Assembly (NCBI GenBank): GCA_040218735.1
Contig: JAVJQW010000057.1
Span: forward strand, 224,001-288,000
Direction of reading: 5' to 3'
Length of the DNA stretch: 64,000 nt
Source: Deltaproteobacteria bacterium
GTDB taxonomy: Bacteria; Myxococcota; Kuafuiibacteriia; Kuafuiibacteriales; Kuafuiibacteriaceae
The translations under genes were made by a program, and so were the position numbers. Below the pieces are notes generated by a model, which was not told the origin of the DNA, searched no databases, and saw only the letters and a list, made by a program, of their open reading frames with translations. Numbering within the stretch: position 1 is the stretch's first letter; every line of letters starts with the position of its first letter. This document shows positions 27,330 through 36,961 of the stretch, piece by piece.

Positions 27330-28250
27330 ATGACGATCGAACCCATCGACAAACTCACTTTCCTTCCCCCGGAGCGCACCCGGCGCGCCGACGGCGCGCT
27401 GCGCCGCGCCGGCTTCGAGATCGAGCTGGGCGGCGCGAAGCCGGGCGCGGTCGCCCGCATCGTCGCGAGCCTCTTCGACGGCGACGCGACTCGCGTGAAC
27501 CCGCACGTCTGGCGAATCGACGGAACCCGCTTCGGCGCCTTTCGCGTCGAGCTCGACTGGCGCTTCCTCACCCAGCAGGGCTACCGGAGCTTTCTGGAGC
27601 GCGCGGGGATCGAGGTGTCCGCGTCGCTCGAAGACTTCGTCAACGACGTCGCGCACCACGTGGTGCCGTGTGAGATCGTCTGCCCGCCGATCGCCGTCGA
27701 CGCGCTCCAGAACCTGAACGCCCTGGAGGAGATGCTGCGCTGGGAGGGCGCGGAGGGGTCCGACGCCTCCGTGCTCAACGCGCTGGGCCTTCAGATCAAC
27801 ATCGAGCTCTGCGACGAATCGATCGAGTCCATCCTCGCGCACCTTCGTGCGTTCATCGATCGCTACGCGTGGCTCGAGCGGCAGATCGATCCCGGCCTGA
27901 CCCGTCGCGTGACGCGCTTCGCGGCGCCCTTCCCCGACGACTACGCGCAGCTCGTGCTCGACCCCGACTACGCGCCGAACGCGGAGCGATTCACCGACGA
28001 CTACCTGGCCCACAACCCCACGCGGAACCGAGCCCTCGACCTCCTCCCGATCCTCGCGCACCTCGACGAGGACCGCGTGCTCGCGCGCGCACGCGAGCCC
28101 GAGCTGGTGAAGCCGCGCCCCGCGCTGCACTACCGGCTCCCGAGCTGCCGCCTCGACGATCCCGACTGGTCGATCGCGCTGGAGTGGAACCGCTGGCTCG
28201 AGATCGAGCGTCGCGCCGAGCACTGGATGTCGGCGCGGGTGACGTGTTGA
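27330..28250 (+). CDS. Putative amidoligase (COOH-NH2 ligase, Amidoligase_2 family)
   Basis: RRAGFEIELGG, FRVELDW, VPCEIVCPP, ALGLQINIE, YLAHNPTRNRALDLLP, KPRPALHYRLP; GAGGT SD before ATG 27330. Confidence 0.85.
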   Translation: MTIEPIDKLTFLPPERTRRADGALRRAGFEIELGGAKPGAVARIVASLFDGDATRVNPHVWRIDGTRFGAFRVELDWRFLTQQGYRSFLERAGIEVSASLEDFVNDVAHHVVPCEIVCPPIAVDALQNLNALEEMLRWEGAEGSDASVLNALGLQINIELCDESIESILAHLRAFIDRYAWLERQIDPGLTRRVTRFAAPFPDDYAQLVLDPDYAPNAERFTDDYLAHNPTRNRALDLLPILAHLDEDRVLARAREPELVKPRPALHYRLPSCRLDDPDWSIALEWNRWLEIERRAEHWMSARVTC

Positions 28251-29005
28251 GCCGACCGCGCGTCGGCGTCACCGGCCCGGATCGCGGCGGCCGCGCAGCG
28301 TGGTGGGCGACGCACGTCGCCCTCGCGCGCAGCGGCGCACGTGCCGTTCGCATCACGCCGAGTCGGCCCTGCGAAGACCCGTCGACGTTGAGCGCGCTCG
28401 TCGTCGGCGGCGGCGCGGACGTCGACCCGCAGCTCTACGACGCACCCGAGCTCCCGACGAACACCGCGACTCCTTCCGCGAAGGCGCGCTTCTGGGGCGG
28501 CGTCGTGCACGTGGTTCGTCGGCTCTCCATGGCGAAGCGGCGCACCGGCCTCGACCACGCGCGTGACGCGATGGAGACCGAGCTCGTGCGGCACATGCTC
28601 ACCGCTCGCAAGCCGATCCTCGGCATCTGTCGCGGCGCGCAGCTGATCAACGTCGTCCTCGGTGGCTCCCTCTTCCAGGACCTCGGTTCGTTCTACGCCG
28701 AGCGTCCGAACCCTCACACCGTGCTCCCGAAGAAACGCGTCGCGGTCGACCCCGAGAGCCGCCTGCACGCGCTCGTCGGCCGCGCGGACCTGCGCGTCAA
28801 TGCGCTCCACAAGCAGGCGATCAAGGACGTCGCACCCGCGCTCCGCCGCGTGGCCGTCGAATCGAACGGCGTCACGCAGGCGGTGGAGGCACGAGATGGT
28901 TTTGTGGTCGGCGTGCAGTGGCACCCCGAGTACATGCCGCAGAGCGCGGCGCAGCTGAGGATCTTCGGCGGGCTCGTCGCGGCGGCTCAGACGCCCTCGA
29001 GCTGA
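28247..29005 (+). CDS. Gamma-glutamyl-gamma-aminobutyrate hydrolase family (peptidase C26, class I glutamine amidotransferase)
   Basis: GGGADVDP, RDAME, LGICRGAQLINV, VNALHKQA, GVQWHPE; TTG start overlaps the upstream TGA. Confidence 0.9.
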   Translation: MSRPRVGVTGPDRGGRAAWWATHVALARSGARAVRITPSRPCEDPSTLSALVVGGGADVDPQLYDAPELPTNTATPSAKARFWGGVVHVVRRLSMAKRRTGLDHARDAMETELVRHMLTARKPILGICRGAQLINVVLGGSLFQDLGSFYAERPNPHTVLPKKRVAVDPESRLHALVGRADLRVNALHKQAIKDVAPALRRVAVESNGVTQAVEARDGFVVGVQWHPEYMPQSAAQLRIFGGLVAAAQTPSS

Positions 29006-30264
29006 GGGACGTCGAGCAGGAAGTCGTGGCCGATCACGGCGTCGCCGCGTTCGTTGCGCCCCCGGAGGTGAACGCCGATGACGTCGCCGCCGTCGTCGTC
29101 GACCTCGACGGTGCCGAACTGGCCGCGCCGCGTGATGGTGCCTTCGCTGTACGGTCCCCCCTTCACCGACGTCGATCGATCCAGCGGCCCGCCGTGGAAG
29201 ACGGGGAAGCCGCCATGGGCGTTGTTGCGGCCGTTGTCGATCGCGAGCATGTGCGCGTCACCGGAGAGCATGAGCATCCGGTCGAACCCGCGCTCTGCGA
29301 ACGCGCGCCCCAGCTCGACGCGCTCGCGTTGGAAGCCACCCCACGAGTCCGTCTCCGAGCGATCGCTGATCCACGCGACCGCCGACACCCAGACTACGAG
29401 GGCGTGCGTCGCGTGGGCCTGCTCGAGCTCGTCGAGGAGCCACGTACGCTGATCGGCGCCGAGCATGGTTCCGGCGTCGCGGTTCCGTGCGGAGCGCAGG
29501 TCCGTCATCACGAACCGGATGCGTCCGAACGAGAACGCCTGGTGGATCGGTCCGGACTCCCCCGTCGGGAGCGTGTAGTGCGGCACGACCTGGCGATAGG
29601 CCTCCTGCGCCGCGGGGCGTCCGGCCGCGCTGGCGTCGGAGTTGTCCGGCCCGTAGTCGTGGTCGTCCCAGACGTACGCCGTCGGAAACTCCTGGTGAAG
29701 CGCGGCGCGGCGCGCGGCGCCGAACGCACGGTCGTACGCCGTGCGAAACGCCATCACGTCGTTCCTCGAGATGTCCTCGTAGTGAAAGTCGCCATCGAGG
29801 AGGAAGAAGTCCGGTGCGTACCGACGAATGGCGTCGAACACGACGTGGTTGCTTCCGGTGTCCGCGCAGCTCCCGAACGCGAGGCGGAGGTTCGACGGCC
29901 CGTCCGGGAACGTCGCGAAGCGTCCGATGCGCGGCCCCTCGGTGCCGTCGTTCTCGAGGCCATAGTAGTAGCGCGTCGACGGCTCGAGCCCGTCGACCGC
30001 GAACCGTAGGAGTGGTTCGTGGATGCGGGCTGGCTCGAAGACCGTAGCGTCGGTCAGGTCCGGCTCGGTGCTCACGAGGAGGTTGCGCCCCTCGGTCGCG
30101 AGCGCCTTCACGACCACGCTCGCGTCCGTCGGCGTGACCCCGCCCGACCACGCCCAGGCAGGCGCGGGGGGCGGAGGCGGCGCACACCGCGCGAGCGCGG
30201 CGGCGCCCGTCACGGCGGCGGTGCCCTCCAGGAAGGTACGTCGGTCGAATCTTCTGTTCTTCAT
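28987..30264 (-). CDS. phoD: Alkaline phosphatase D family (PhoD) with Tat/lipoprotein signal
   Basis: DRRTFL twin-arginine signal followed by ALARC; FGSC, GDFHYED, WDDHDYG, DLRSAR, TMLGADQ..W, DSWGGF..ER, LSGDAH; ATGA overlap with the kinase gene. Confidence 0.88.
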   Translation of the reverse strand: MKNRRFDRRTFLEGTAAVTGAAALARCAPPPPPAPAWAWSGGVTPTDASVVVKALATEGRNLLVSTEPDLTDATVFEPARIHEPLLRFAVDGLEPSTRYYYGLENDGTEGPRIGRFATFPDGPSNLRLAFGSCADTGSNHVVFDAIRRYAPDFFLLDGDFHYEDISRNDVMAFRTAYDRAFGAARRAALHQEFPTAYVWDDHDYGPDNSDASAAGRPAAQEAYRQVVPHYTLPTGESGPIHQAFSFGRIRFVMTDLRSARNRDAGTMLGADQRTWLLDELEQAHATHALVVWVSAVAWISDRSETDSWGGFQRERVELGRAFAERGFDRMLMLSGDAHMLAIDNGRNNAHGGFPVFHGGPLDRSTSVKGGPYSEGTITRRGQFGTVEVDDDGGDVIGVHLRGRNERGDAVIGHDFLLDVPQLEGV

Positions 30265-31901
30265 GGTGACTCCTCGGCCCGAACGACGCCCACGATCCGG
30301 CGCCCCTCGGGGCCGCGCCCGAGGTGGACCTCGACGGGCTCCAGCTCGGCGCCGTCGCGTTCGGTGGTGATCTTCAGGATGACGTACGGGTCGACGGTCG
30401 ACAGGAAGTCGTCGACACACACGACGCCGGACGACGACGGCGCGACCGCGTAGGCGTCCAGCGGTCGTCCCTCGCTCGTGAAGGCGACGACCTCGTACGC
30501 CGTCGATTCGGGGGCGGCGAAGCCGTGTTCGATCCACGCATCGACGAAGCAGAAACGCCCGGGCTCGACGCGAAAACGATCGAGCGGCGTCACGCGCGAG
30601 AAGCCGAGCTCGAGCAGCGTCCGGCGGCGCTCGACGAGCGTCCGCACCATGTACGCCTCCGCCCTCGGGTCCGTGTACTGCGCGGCGCGTACCGCCGCTT
30701 CGATGTGCGCCGGCGTGACCTTGGCGAGCACGGACGCCGCCCAGAGCTCGTCGTACCGAGTGCGCTCACGAAAGACGGGTTGCGGATACTTCGGGACCCA
30801 CTCGTCCGGGAGGAAGACGTCGCTCTGGAAGCGCGCGATGCCGCGCATCCCGCGCACCGGCGCGATGCGTTCCCAGGGACGCGTCCACAACCCGAACGTC
30901 GGGAGCGTCGCCAGCGCGTAGCCGACATCCCAGGCCACGGCGAACCCGTCGACGGCGCGCGGGTGGAGGGTCGCGTTGACGCCGAGGGTCTTGTCGAAGT
31001 CGACGAGGTAGTGCCGAACGAAGCTCCGCCCGTCGTCGGAGACGAACACGTCGAGGCGGTTGTCCTTCTTGAAGTCGGTGTGTTCGAGCCACGCCGCGAA
31101 CATGTGCAGGCCACGCAGCTCACGCCGGTGCTGGTGCTCGATGATGTCGTTCGGGTCGTCGGCGCGGCGGCCTTCGGCGGTCCACCCGCCGATCGGCTCA
31201 CCATCCAGGAAGCGACTGAAGAGCCCGCGGATCCCCGCCTCGTCTCGGCCGACGTCCGCGAGCAGCTCGTCGAGGAGCTCGCGGTCGAGCTTCAACCGCG
31301 CGCCGTTCAGCATGAGCTCGACCTCCTCCGCGATGCGGAGCTCGTCGGGCGAGAAGTACGCGATGTGGTCCTCGGGCACGTGATAGCCGAGCGCGTAGAA
31401 GAGCCGCTGCGCCACGATGTTCGCCGCCGACTTCATCTCCGGGTGGGCGGCGTCGTCGAACTTCAGGATGAACTTCAGACCGCGCGCGTCCTCGACGATG
31501 AACCCCACCGACTTACCGCCCTGCTTCGCGGACTTCACGACGAACGGGGGCGTCGGCGCGTCGACCTCGCGCCCCGGACCCCGGAGGACCTCCTCGGGCG
31601 TCAGGAACCGGTTCTCGAACCAGCTCGAGTCCGGGACGCCGCCGATCGCGTTCACGTTCTTCGCGCGCAGCACCGGCGGCGCGGCGAGGGCGCGGTCGAT
31701 CGGCTCCGCGATGATCGAATCGAACACGTGGTGCGCGCGTTGGAAGGACGTGATCTCGGGCCGCTCCTCGACGTGAGCGCCGTCCGTCACCTTCCACACG
31801 ATGGGGCGGTCCTCGAAGCGAACGTCGGAGATCGGGCCGGTCGTCGCGCACGCGCTCACGGCGCCGGCGACGAGGACGAGGGTCGGGGTTCGAAGGTTCA
31901 T
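30261..31901 (-). CDS. Lipoprotein with protein-kinase-like fold
   Basis: Lipobox AVSAC; Gly loop KQGGKSVGF, FILKFD, HPE, catalytic loop HTDFKKDN, metal-binding YLVDFD. Confidence 0.75.
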   Translation of the reverse strand: MNLRTPTLVLVAGAVSACATTGPISDVRFEDRPIVWKVTDGAHVEERPEITSFQRAHHVFDSIIAEPIDRALAAPPVLRAKNVNAIGGVPDSSWFENRFLTPEEVLRGPGREVDAPTPPFVVKSAKQGGKSVGFIVEDARGLKFILKFDDAAHPEMKSAANIVAQRLFYALGYHVPEDHIAYFSPDELRIAEEVELMLNGARLKLDRELLDELLADVGRDEAGIRGLFSRFLDGEPIGGWTAEGRRADDPNDIIEHQHRRELRGLHMFAAWLEHTDFKKDNRLDVFVSDDGRSFVRHYLVDFDKTLGVNATLHPRAVDGFAVAWDVGYALATLPTFGLWTRPWERIAPVRGMRGIARFQSDVFLPDEWVPKYPQPVFRERTRYDELWAASVLAKVTPAHIEAAVRAAQYTDPRAEAYMVRTLVERRRTLLELGFSRVTPLDRFRVEPGRFCFVDAWIEHGFAAPESTAYEVVAFTSEGRPLDAYAVAPSSSGVVCVDDFLSTVDPYVILKITTERDGAELEPVEVHLGRGPEGRRIVGVVRAEESP

Positions 31902-33217
31902 CGTTCACTCCTCGGGGGACGTTCGAAGTCGGGGCTCAGCACGAAGTTGAAGACGACGTCGCCGTCCTTCGAGCCGCCCGCCTGGATGCGCGCGACGACG
32001 GAGTCCATCCCGTGCACCTGGAGGCCGCCGCCGAACCCGAGCCCCCAGAAGTCGACGTCGAGCTCGGACCAACGCGGGAACACACGACCGCCATCGACGA
32101 AGAGGAACGCGTCGAAGTGCGCGGACAGGGGGTAGCGGTACTCGACGCTGCCCAACACGACGTTCTGATCGCGGAAGCGGTCACGGCGGTAACCGCGCAA
32201 CAGCTCGGGGCCGCCGAGGCGCGGCAGGTCGATCGTCGGCACGTCGTCCGCGCCGAACACCCCTTCGGTGTAGACGCGGAGCACGAGCACGCGGGTGCCG
32301 TACGCGACGTCGATCAGGTACTGCGCGTCGGCCGAGTAGCGGAAGTACTGCGTCGGCGCGTCGGACGTGACCTGCGTGGCGCCGAAGGTCCCCGACACGT
32401 ACAGGCCCTCGCTCGGCGTCGCCGCCGGCACGAGCTCCGCCGGGCGACGGGAGTCGTAGGTGAAGCGCAGCTCCTCGTAGAACAGGTCGACCTGCGGACG
32501 GAACGCGGCGAGGTCGGCGTTCGGGTTGTCGATGGAGTTGCGGACGTCGGAGCGCGAGTACACGCCGGAACCGGTGAACGCGAGGCGGTCGGTGGGCCTT
32601 ACGACGAACCCCGCGCGGCCGAGGGAGCGCCGACGTTGGATGCGAATCAGGTCCGAGCCAGGTGTCGGGCCCAGACCGAAGAACCGCTCGTTCGGAAGGT
32701 CTTCGTAGGCGCCCTCCGCGACGAACGCGAAGTGGCGACCGAGGAGCGTCCCGGTGTCGAGGTCGGCGCCGTAGCTCTGGCGAAAGCGGCCGCCGTAGCC
32801 GGCGCGCGCGCCGAGGTGCGCGTTCTCGTCGAACACGTTGCGCAGCTCGGCCCGAGCGCCGACGTTCAAGCCGAAGCCCGTCTCGACGAACGCCGTCGGG
32901 TACACGCCGAACGTGCGGCTGTCGTTGTAGAACAGGTCGACGAGGAACCCGGGCACGTCGTTCTTCTCGAGCACGTAGATCGCCTGCCCGAGCGGCCACA
33001 GCACGGCGTTCGACGCGACGCGCGGCAGGAACAGGACCCCCTGGAGCACACGACGACCGGGGGACACCGATTCGTCGGGCTCGACGCGATAGGTCGTCGC
33101 GGCGTCGGGCGCGGCCGTACCGACCGTTGCGGTCTGCGTACTGCCCGCGAGCCCGGCGCCGCCCGTGACCGTCGCGGACAGGACGAGCGGGAGGAGTGGA
33201 AGCGCGTTGGGGGGCAT
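31898..33217 (-). CDS. BamA/TamA (Omp85) family outer-membrane barrel without obvious POTRA array
   Basis: Signal peptide MPPNALPLL (ATG 33217); LGGPELLRGYRRDRFRD (VRGF/Y loop), GSVEYRYPL, FLFVDGGRVF, LGFGGGL. Confidence 0.82.
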   Translation of the reverse strand: MPPNALPLLPLVLSATVTGGAGLAGSTQTATVGTAAPDAATTYRVEPDESVSPGRRVLQGVLFLPRVASNAVLWPLGQAIYVLEKNDVPGFLVDLFYNDSRTFGVYPTAFVETGFGLNVGARAELRNVFDENAHLGARAGYGGRFRQSYGADLDTGTLLGRHFAFVAEGAYEDLPNERFFGLGPTPGSDLIRIQRRRSLGRAGFVVRPTDRLAFTGSGVYSRSDVRNSIDNPNADLAAFRPQVDLFYEELRFTYDSRRPAELVPAATPSEGLYVSGTFGATQVTSDAPTQYFRYSADAQYLIDVAYGTRVLVLRVYTEGVFGADDVPTIDLPRLGGPELLRGYRRDRFRDQNVVLGSVEYRYPLSAHFDAFLFVDGGRVFPRWSELDVDFWGLGFGGGLQVHGMDSVVARIQAGGSKDGDVVFNFVLSPDFERPPRSER

Positions 33218-33232
33218 CGGGCGAAACCGAAT

Positions 33233-33248
33233 TGCAACGCGCGTACCG
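33233..33248 (-). promoter_or_regulatory. Putative sigma54 promoter for the Omp85-kinase-phoD operon
   Basis: Minus strand CGGTACG-CGCG-TTGCA, 15 nt before ATG 33217. Confidence 0.55.
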
Positions 33249-33368
33249 CCGCCGCGAATCGTGCGGCGCTGCGGCGAACCGGTCGGGATACGCGGCACCG
33301 TGCCACGAGCGCGACCCGTGCTGAGGCATCCTGTCTCGCCGCGCGCCCCGGCGAGGCCGGCTTCGGCG

Positions 33369-33384
33369 CGGCACGTCCCCTGCA
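33369..33384 (+). promoter_or_regulatory. Putative sigma54 promoter for the NTT-HEAT operon
   Basis: CGGCACG-TCCC-CTGCA, 12 nt before GTG 33397. Confidence 0.6.
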
Positions 33385-33396
33385 CTCGTCGAGCGG

Positions 33397-35994
33397 GTGC
33401 GCGGACAACGGACGACCACCACGATCGCGCAGGTCGCCCTCGGACTGATCATGGCCGCGCACCAGGCCTCCGAGACCGCGCGCGACGCGTTGTTCCTCGC
33501 CAAGCTCGGACCGACCGAGCTCCCGACCGTCTATCTGATCCTCGCCGCAATCGGGATCCCGGTCGCGATGCTCCCGCACACGAAGCGACGCCCGCTCACC
33601 GCGGGGCTCCTCTGGCTCTTCGCGCCGATCACCGTGTCGTTCGCGTGGACGATCACGATGAGCCCGCACGCCTCGCGCGCGCTCTACGTCTGGACCGGCC
33701 TGTCGACGACCATCGTCGTCACGTTCTTCTGGCGCTCCCTCGCCGACCGCTACGACATCCCGCACGCGAAGTCTGCGTTCCCGCGCATCGCGCTCGGCGG
33801 CATCGTCGGCGCCGCGCTCGGCGCGCTCGGCGCCCGCGGGCTCGTCGAGTACTTCGACACACGCTTCCTGCTCGCCGGCGCCGGGGTGCTGTGGGCGATC
33901 GCCGGCGGCGTCACCTGGTGGCTGCAGCGACGCCTCGGGGAGCGCACCGACGCCGCGCGCGACGCCGACGACGAACCACGCCCGAGGAGCCGCCTCGACG
34001 ACCTCCGGCAGGCGTTCGGATCGAAGTACGTGCGGAGCGTGGGGGTGCTGCTCGTCATCGCCTCGATGACGTTCACGAGCCTCGACTACACGTTCAAGGC
34101 GGTCGTCGCGAACCAGGTCGACGTCGCGAAGCTCGCCAGCTCGTTCGCGACGTTCTACCTCGTGCTGAACGTCGTCGCGCTCGTGACCCAAGTGGTCCTC
34201 GCGAAGCGTGTGCTCCACCGCATCGGCCTCGGCACGCTCGTGCTCTTCCTTCCCAGCCTGATCGTCCTCGGCTCCGTCGGCGTGATCATCGGCGGCGGCG
34301 CGATCGCCGCCCTCGCCCTGAAGGGCATCGACGGCAGCCTGCGCCACTCACTCCACCGCACGTCGACCGAGCTGCTGTTCGTTCCGATGTCCTCGAACGA
34401 CCGCTCCGTCACCAAGCCGATCTTCGACATCGTCGGCAAACGCGGCGGCCAAGCGCTCGGGTCGCTGCTCATCCTGGCCTTCCTGCTGATCTCGAAGGAC
34501 ACCACCGTGTTCGCTTCGATCACCGCGGGCCTCGCCGCGATCTGGTTCGCCGGCGGCGTCCTCGTGCGCAAGCGCTACCTCGATGTCTTCCGCTCCGCGC
34601 TACGCGACCGCGCCGCGTTCCCCGCGGACCTCCCGGAGCTCGGGCTGACCGAGCTGTCGACGATGTTGGAGGCGCTCAACAGCGACGCCGAGGGCGAAGT
34701 CATCGGCGCGATCGACGTCCTCGAAGCGCACGGACAGATCGCGACCGTGCCCGACCTCATCCTCTATCACCCGTCGCCCGAGGTCCTGATCCGCGCGCTG
34801 ACCGCGTTCCGCGCGCAGGGGCGACGCCGCGTTCGTCGCCTCGCGGTGCGCCTCCTCGGCCACGAACGCGCCGACGTCCGCGCCGAGGCCCTCCTCACGC
34901 TCGCCGCGATGTCCGAGGCTGCGCCGCACCTCGAACGCGCGCGCGCCGACGTCGACCCGGTGGTCCGCGGCATCGCGACGGCGCTCACCTGGACCCCCGA
35001 CGAGGTCGAGTGGTTCGAAGTCTTCGACGGAAGGACCACCCCCGAGACCCGCGCGGTGCAGGTCGGCGTCGCGCGCGCGTTCCGCTACCTGCAGGATTCG
35101 ATTCGCGATCGTCTGACCGTCGAGCACTTCGAAGCCGCGTCGGCGGAAGCCCAACGTGCGCTCGCGGAGGCGCTCGCCGAGCGACCCAAGACACGCGACG
35201 TCCCAATCCACATCGCATCACTCGCGTTCCGCGGACCGCGTGAGCACGCCCGTGCGGCGCTCGTCGCGATCGGCCAGCCCGCGCTCGACGCCTGCATCGA
35301 AGCGCTCCGCGCGAGCGACACCGATCTGTCGATCCGCGTGCACCTCCCCCGCACGCTCAGCCTGTTCGACCCGGTGAAGGTCGCGCCGATCCTCGCCACC
35401 AGCATCGTCGACGAGACCGACGAGCTCGTCCGCCACAAAGCCCTGCGCGGCCTCGGTCGACTGGTCGTGACGCACCCCGGCCTCCCGCTCCACGAAGACC
35501 GCCTCGTCGCGGCCTGCGAGCGCGAGCTGCGCTGGACGTTCCGCATGATCGCGGTTCGACGGGTGCTCGAGACCATCGACGACGTCCCGCCAACGACCAC
35601 CGCGATCCACGAAGCCCTCCTCGCGCTCCTCGCGGAGTCCGAGCGACGCGGCATCGAGCACATCTTCCGCCTGCTCCACCTCATGAACCCGGAGCCGGAC
35701 CTCGAGACCATGTTCCACAGCGTCATGAGCGCCGACGACCGACAGCGCATCGGCGCGCGCGAGCTGCTGACCGACCTCGTCGAGCTGCGGTTCCGCGCCG
35801 CGGTCCTCGCACTGGTGTCCGACGACGACGACGACATCCGACTCGAAGCCGGCGCCGAGTGGCTCGGACGTCCGGTGCACGATCTGAGCGACGCCCTCGA
35901 CGAGCTCGCGGGCGTCCGAGGCCCGCTGGAGCAGGCCGCGTCGCGGTACCGTGAGGTGCTCGACGCAACGCTCCGCCAACCGGAGGTCGCATGA
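33397..35994 (+). CDS. Npt1/Npt2 (TLC/NTT ATP/ADP translocase family) transporter fused to HEAT repeats
   Basis: About 12 TM; ETARDALFL, LDYTFK, DGSLRHSLHRTSTELLFVPM...TKPIFD..GKRGGQALG; C-terminal HEAT pattern (LLGHERADVRAEA, DVDPVVRG, DELVRHKALRGL). Confidence 0.85.
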   Translation: MRGQRTTTTIAQVALGLIMAAHQASETARDALFLAKLGPTELPTVYLILAAIGIPVAMLPHTKRRPLTAGLLWLFAPITVSFAWTITMSPHASRALYVWTGLSTTIVVTFFWRSLADRYDIPHAKSAFPRIALGGIVGAALGALGARGLVEYFDTRFLLAGAGVLWAIAGGVTWWLQRRLGERTDAARDADDEPRPRSRLDDLRQAFGSKYVRSVGVLLVIASMTFTSLDYTFKAVVANQVDVAKLASSFATFYLVLNVVALVTQVVLAKRVLHRIGLGTLVLFLPSLIVLGSVGVIIGGGAIAALALKGIDGSLRHSLHRTSTELLFVPMSSNDRSVTKPIFDIVGKRGGQALGSLLILAFLLISKDTTVFASITAGLAAIWFAGGVLVRKRYLDVFRSALRDRAAFPADLPELGLTELSTMLEALNSDAEGEVIGAIDVLEAHGQIATVPDLILYHPSPEVLIRALTAFRAQGRRRVRRLAVRLLGHERADVRAEALLTLAAMSEAAPHLERARADVDPVVRGIATALTWTPDEVEWFEVFDGRTTPETRAVQVGVARAFRYLQDSIRDRLTVEHFEAASAEAQRALAEALAERPKTRDVPIHIASLAFRGPREHARAALVAIGQPALDACIEALRASDTDLSIRVHLPRTLSLFDPVKVAPILATSIVDETDELVRHKALRGLGRLVVTHPGLPLHEDRLVAACERELRWTFRMIAVRRVLETIDDVPPTTTAIHEALLALLAESERRGIEHIFRLLHLMNPEPDLETMFHSVMSADDRQRIGARELLTDLVELRFRAAVLALVSDDDDDIRLEAGAEWLGRPVHDLSDALDELAGVRGPLEQAASRYREVLDATLRQPEVA

Positions 35995-36959
35995 AACGAA
36001 AGAAACATCGCCCGCGCGCGTACCGCGTCTCGCCCCAGGAACGGATGACCCACCTGCGCAGCGCCCCCTTCTTCCGCGCGCTCCCGACTCGCGATCTCGT
36101 GCCGTTCGCGGAGCTGGCCTCCGAGCGATCACACCGACGCGGCACCGCGATCGTCGAACGGTCGACCGCGCCCCGTGGCTTCCACGTCTTGGTCGAAGGG
36201 GAAGCCGTGATGCGCCGACGCCGCCTCACCGTGCGTCGCGTGGGTGCGGGGTGCCCGATCGGATTGTTGGCGCTCCTCGCGCGCGAAGAGCGCGACACGG
36301 AGGTCGTCGCGGTCACGCCCGCCCTCACCCTCTCCCTCGACGCTGCGGTGTTCTTCGGCCTGCTCGAAGAACGCTTCGACGCGTTCCTCCACGTCCTCCG
36401 TGCGACCGCGTCTCAGCTCGTCTACGAGCGCAACGTCGTCGGCCTCGCGCGTGCGCTGCGCGCGAGTCGTTCGCGCACGAACCGCGGCGTGGACGCCGAC
36501 GACGCGGTCGATCGTTTCATCGGCCTCAGGCGCGCCGCGCCCTTCGGCGACGACGGCCTCTTCGGGCTGTGGCACCTCGCGCGACGCGCACGCACCGTGA
36601 CCTTCGAGCGGGGCGATCGTCTCATCGCCGAGGGGGAGCCGGCGCGAACGCTCTTCGTCCTCACGGACGGCGACGTCGAGATCGACCGTGACGGCCGCGG
36701 GCTCGCGACGCTCGGCGCGCAGGACACGTTGAGCGCCGTCGAGCTGCTCGCGCAGGAGCCGCGTGCGTACGGCGCGGTCGCCAACACGAGCGGCGCGGCG
36801 ATCGTGGTGGACCGCGAAGAGTTGTTCGACGTGTTCGAGGATCATTTCGAGCTCGGGACGAGCTTCCTCGCGCGAATCTCGCGGGCGGTGCTGGACTTGA
36901 TGGAGGCGCGCGCCCGGCGCGAGGAAGAGCTACCGAGCGGCTTCGATCGACTGAGCTGA
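35991..36959 (+). CDS. Tandem cyclic-nucleotide-binding (cNMP) domain protein
   Basis: LRSAPFFRAL, FHVLVEGEA, second domain FERGDRLIAEGEPARTLFVLTDGDVEI, EPRAYGAVA; ATGA overlap; no HTH. Confidence 0.85.
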   Translation: MKRKKHRPRAYRVSPQERMTHLRSAPFFRALPTRDLVPFAELASERSHRRGTAIVERSTAPRGFHVLVEGEAVMRRRRLTVRRVGAGCPIGLLALLAREERDTEVVAVTPALTLSLDAAVFFGLLEERFDAFLHVLRATASQLVYERNVVGLARALRASRSRTNRGVDADDAVDRFIGLRRAAPFGDDGLFGLWHLARRARTVTFERGDRLIAEGEPARTLFVLTDGDVEIDRDGRGLATLGAQDTLSAVELLAQEPRAYGAVANTSGAAIVVDREELFDVFEDHFELGTSFLARISRAVLDLMEARARREEELPSGFDRLS

Positions 36960-36961
36960 CT

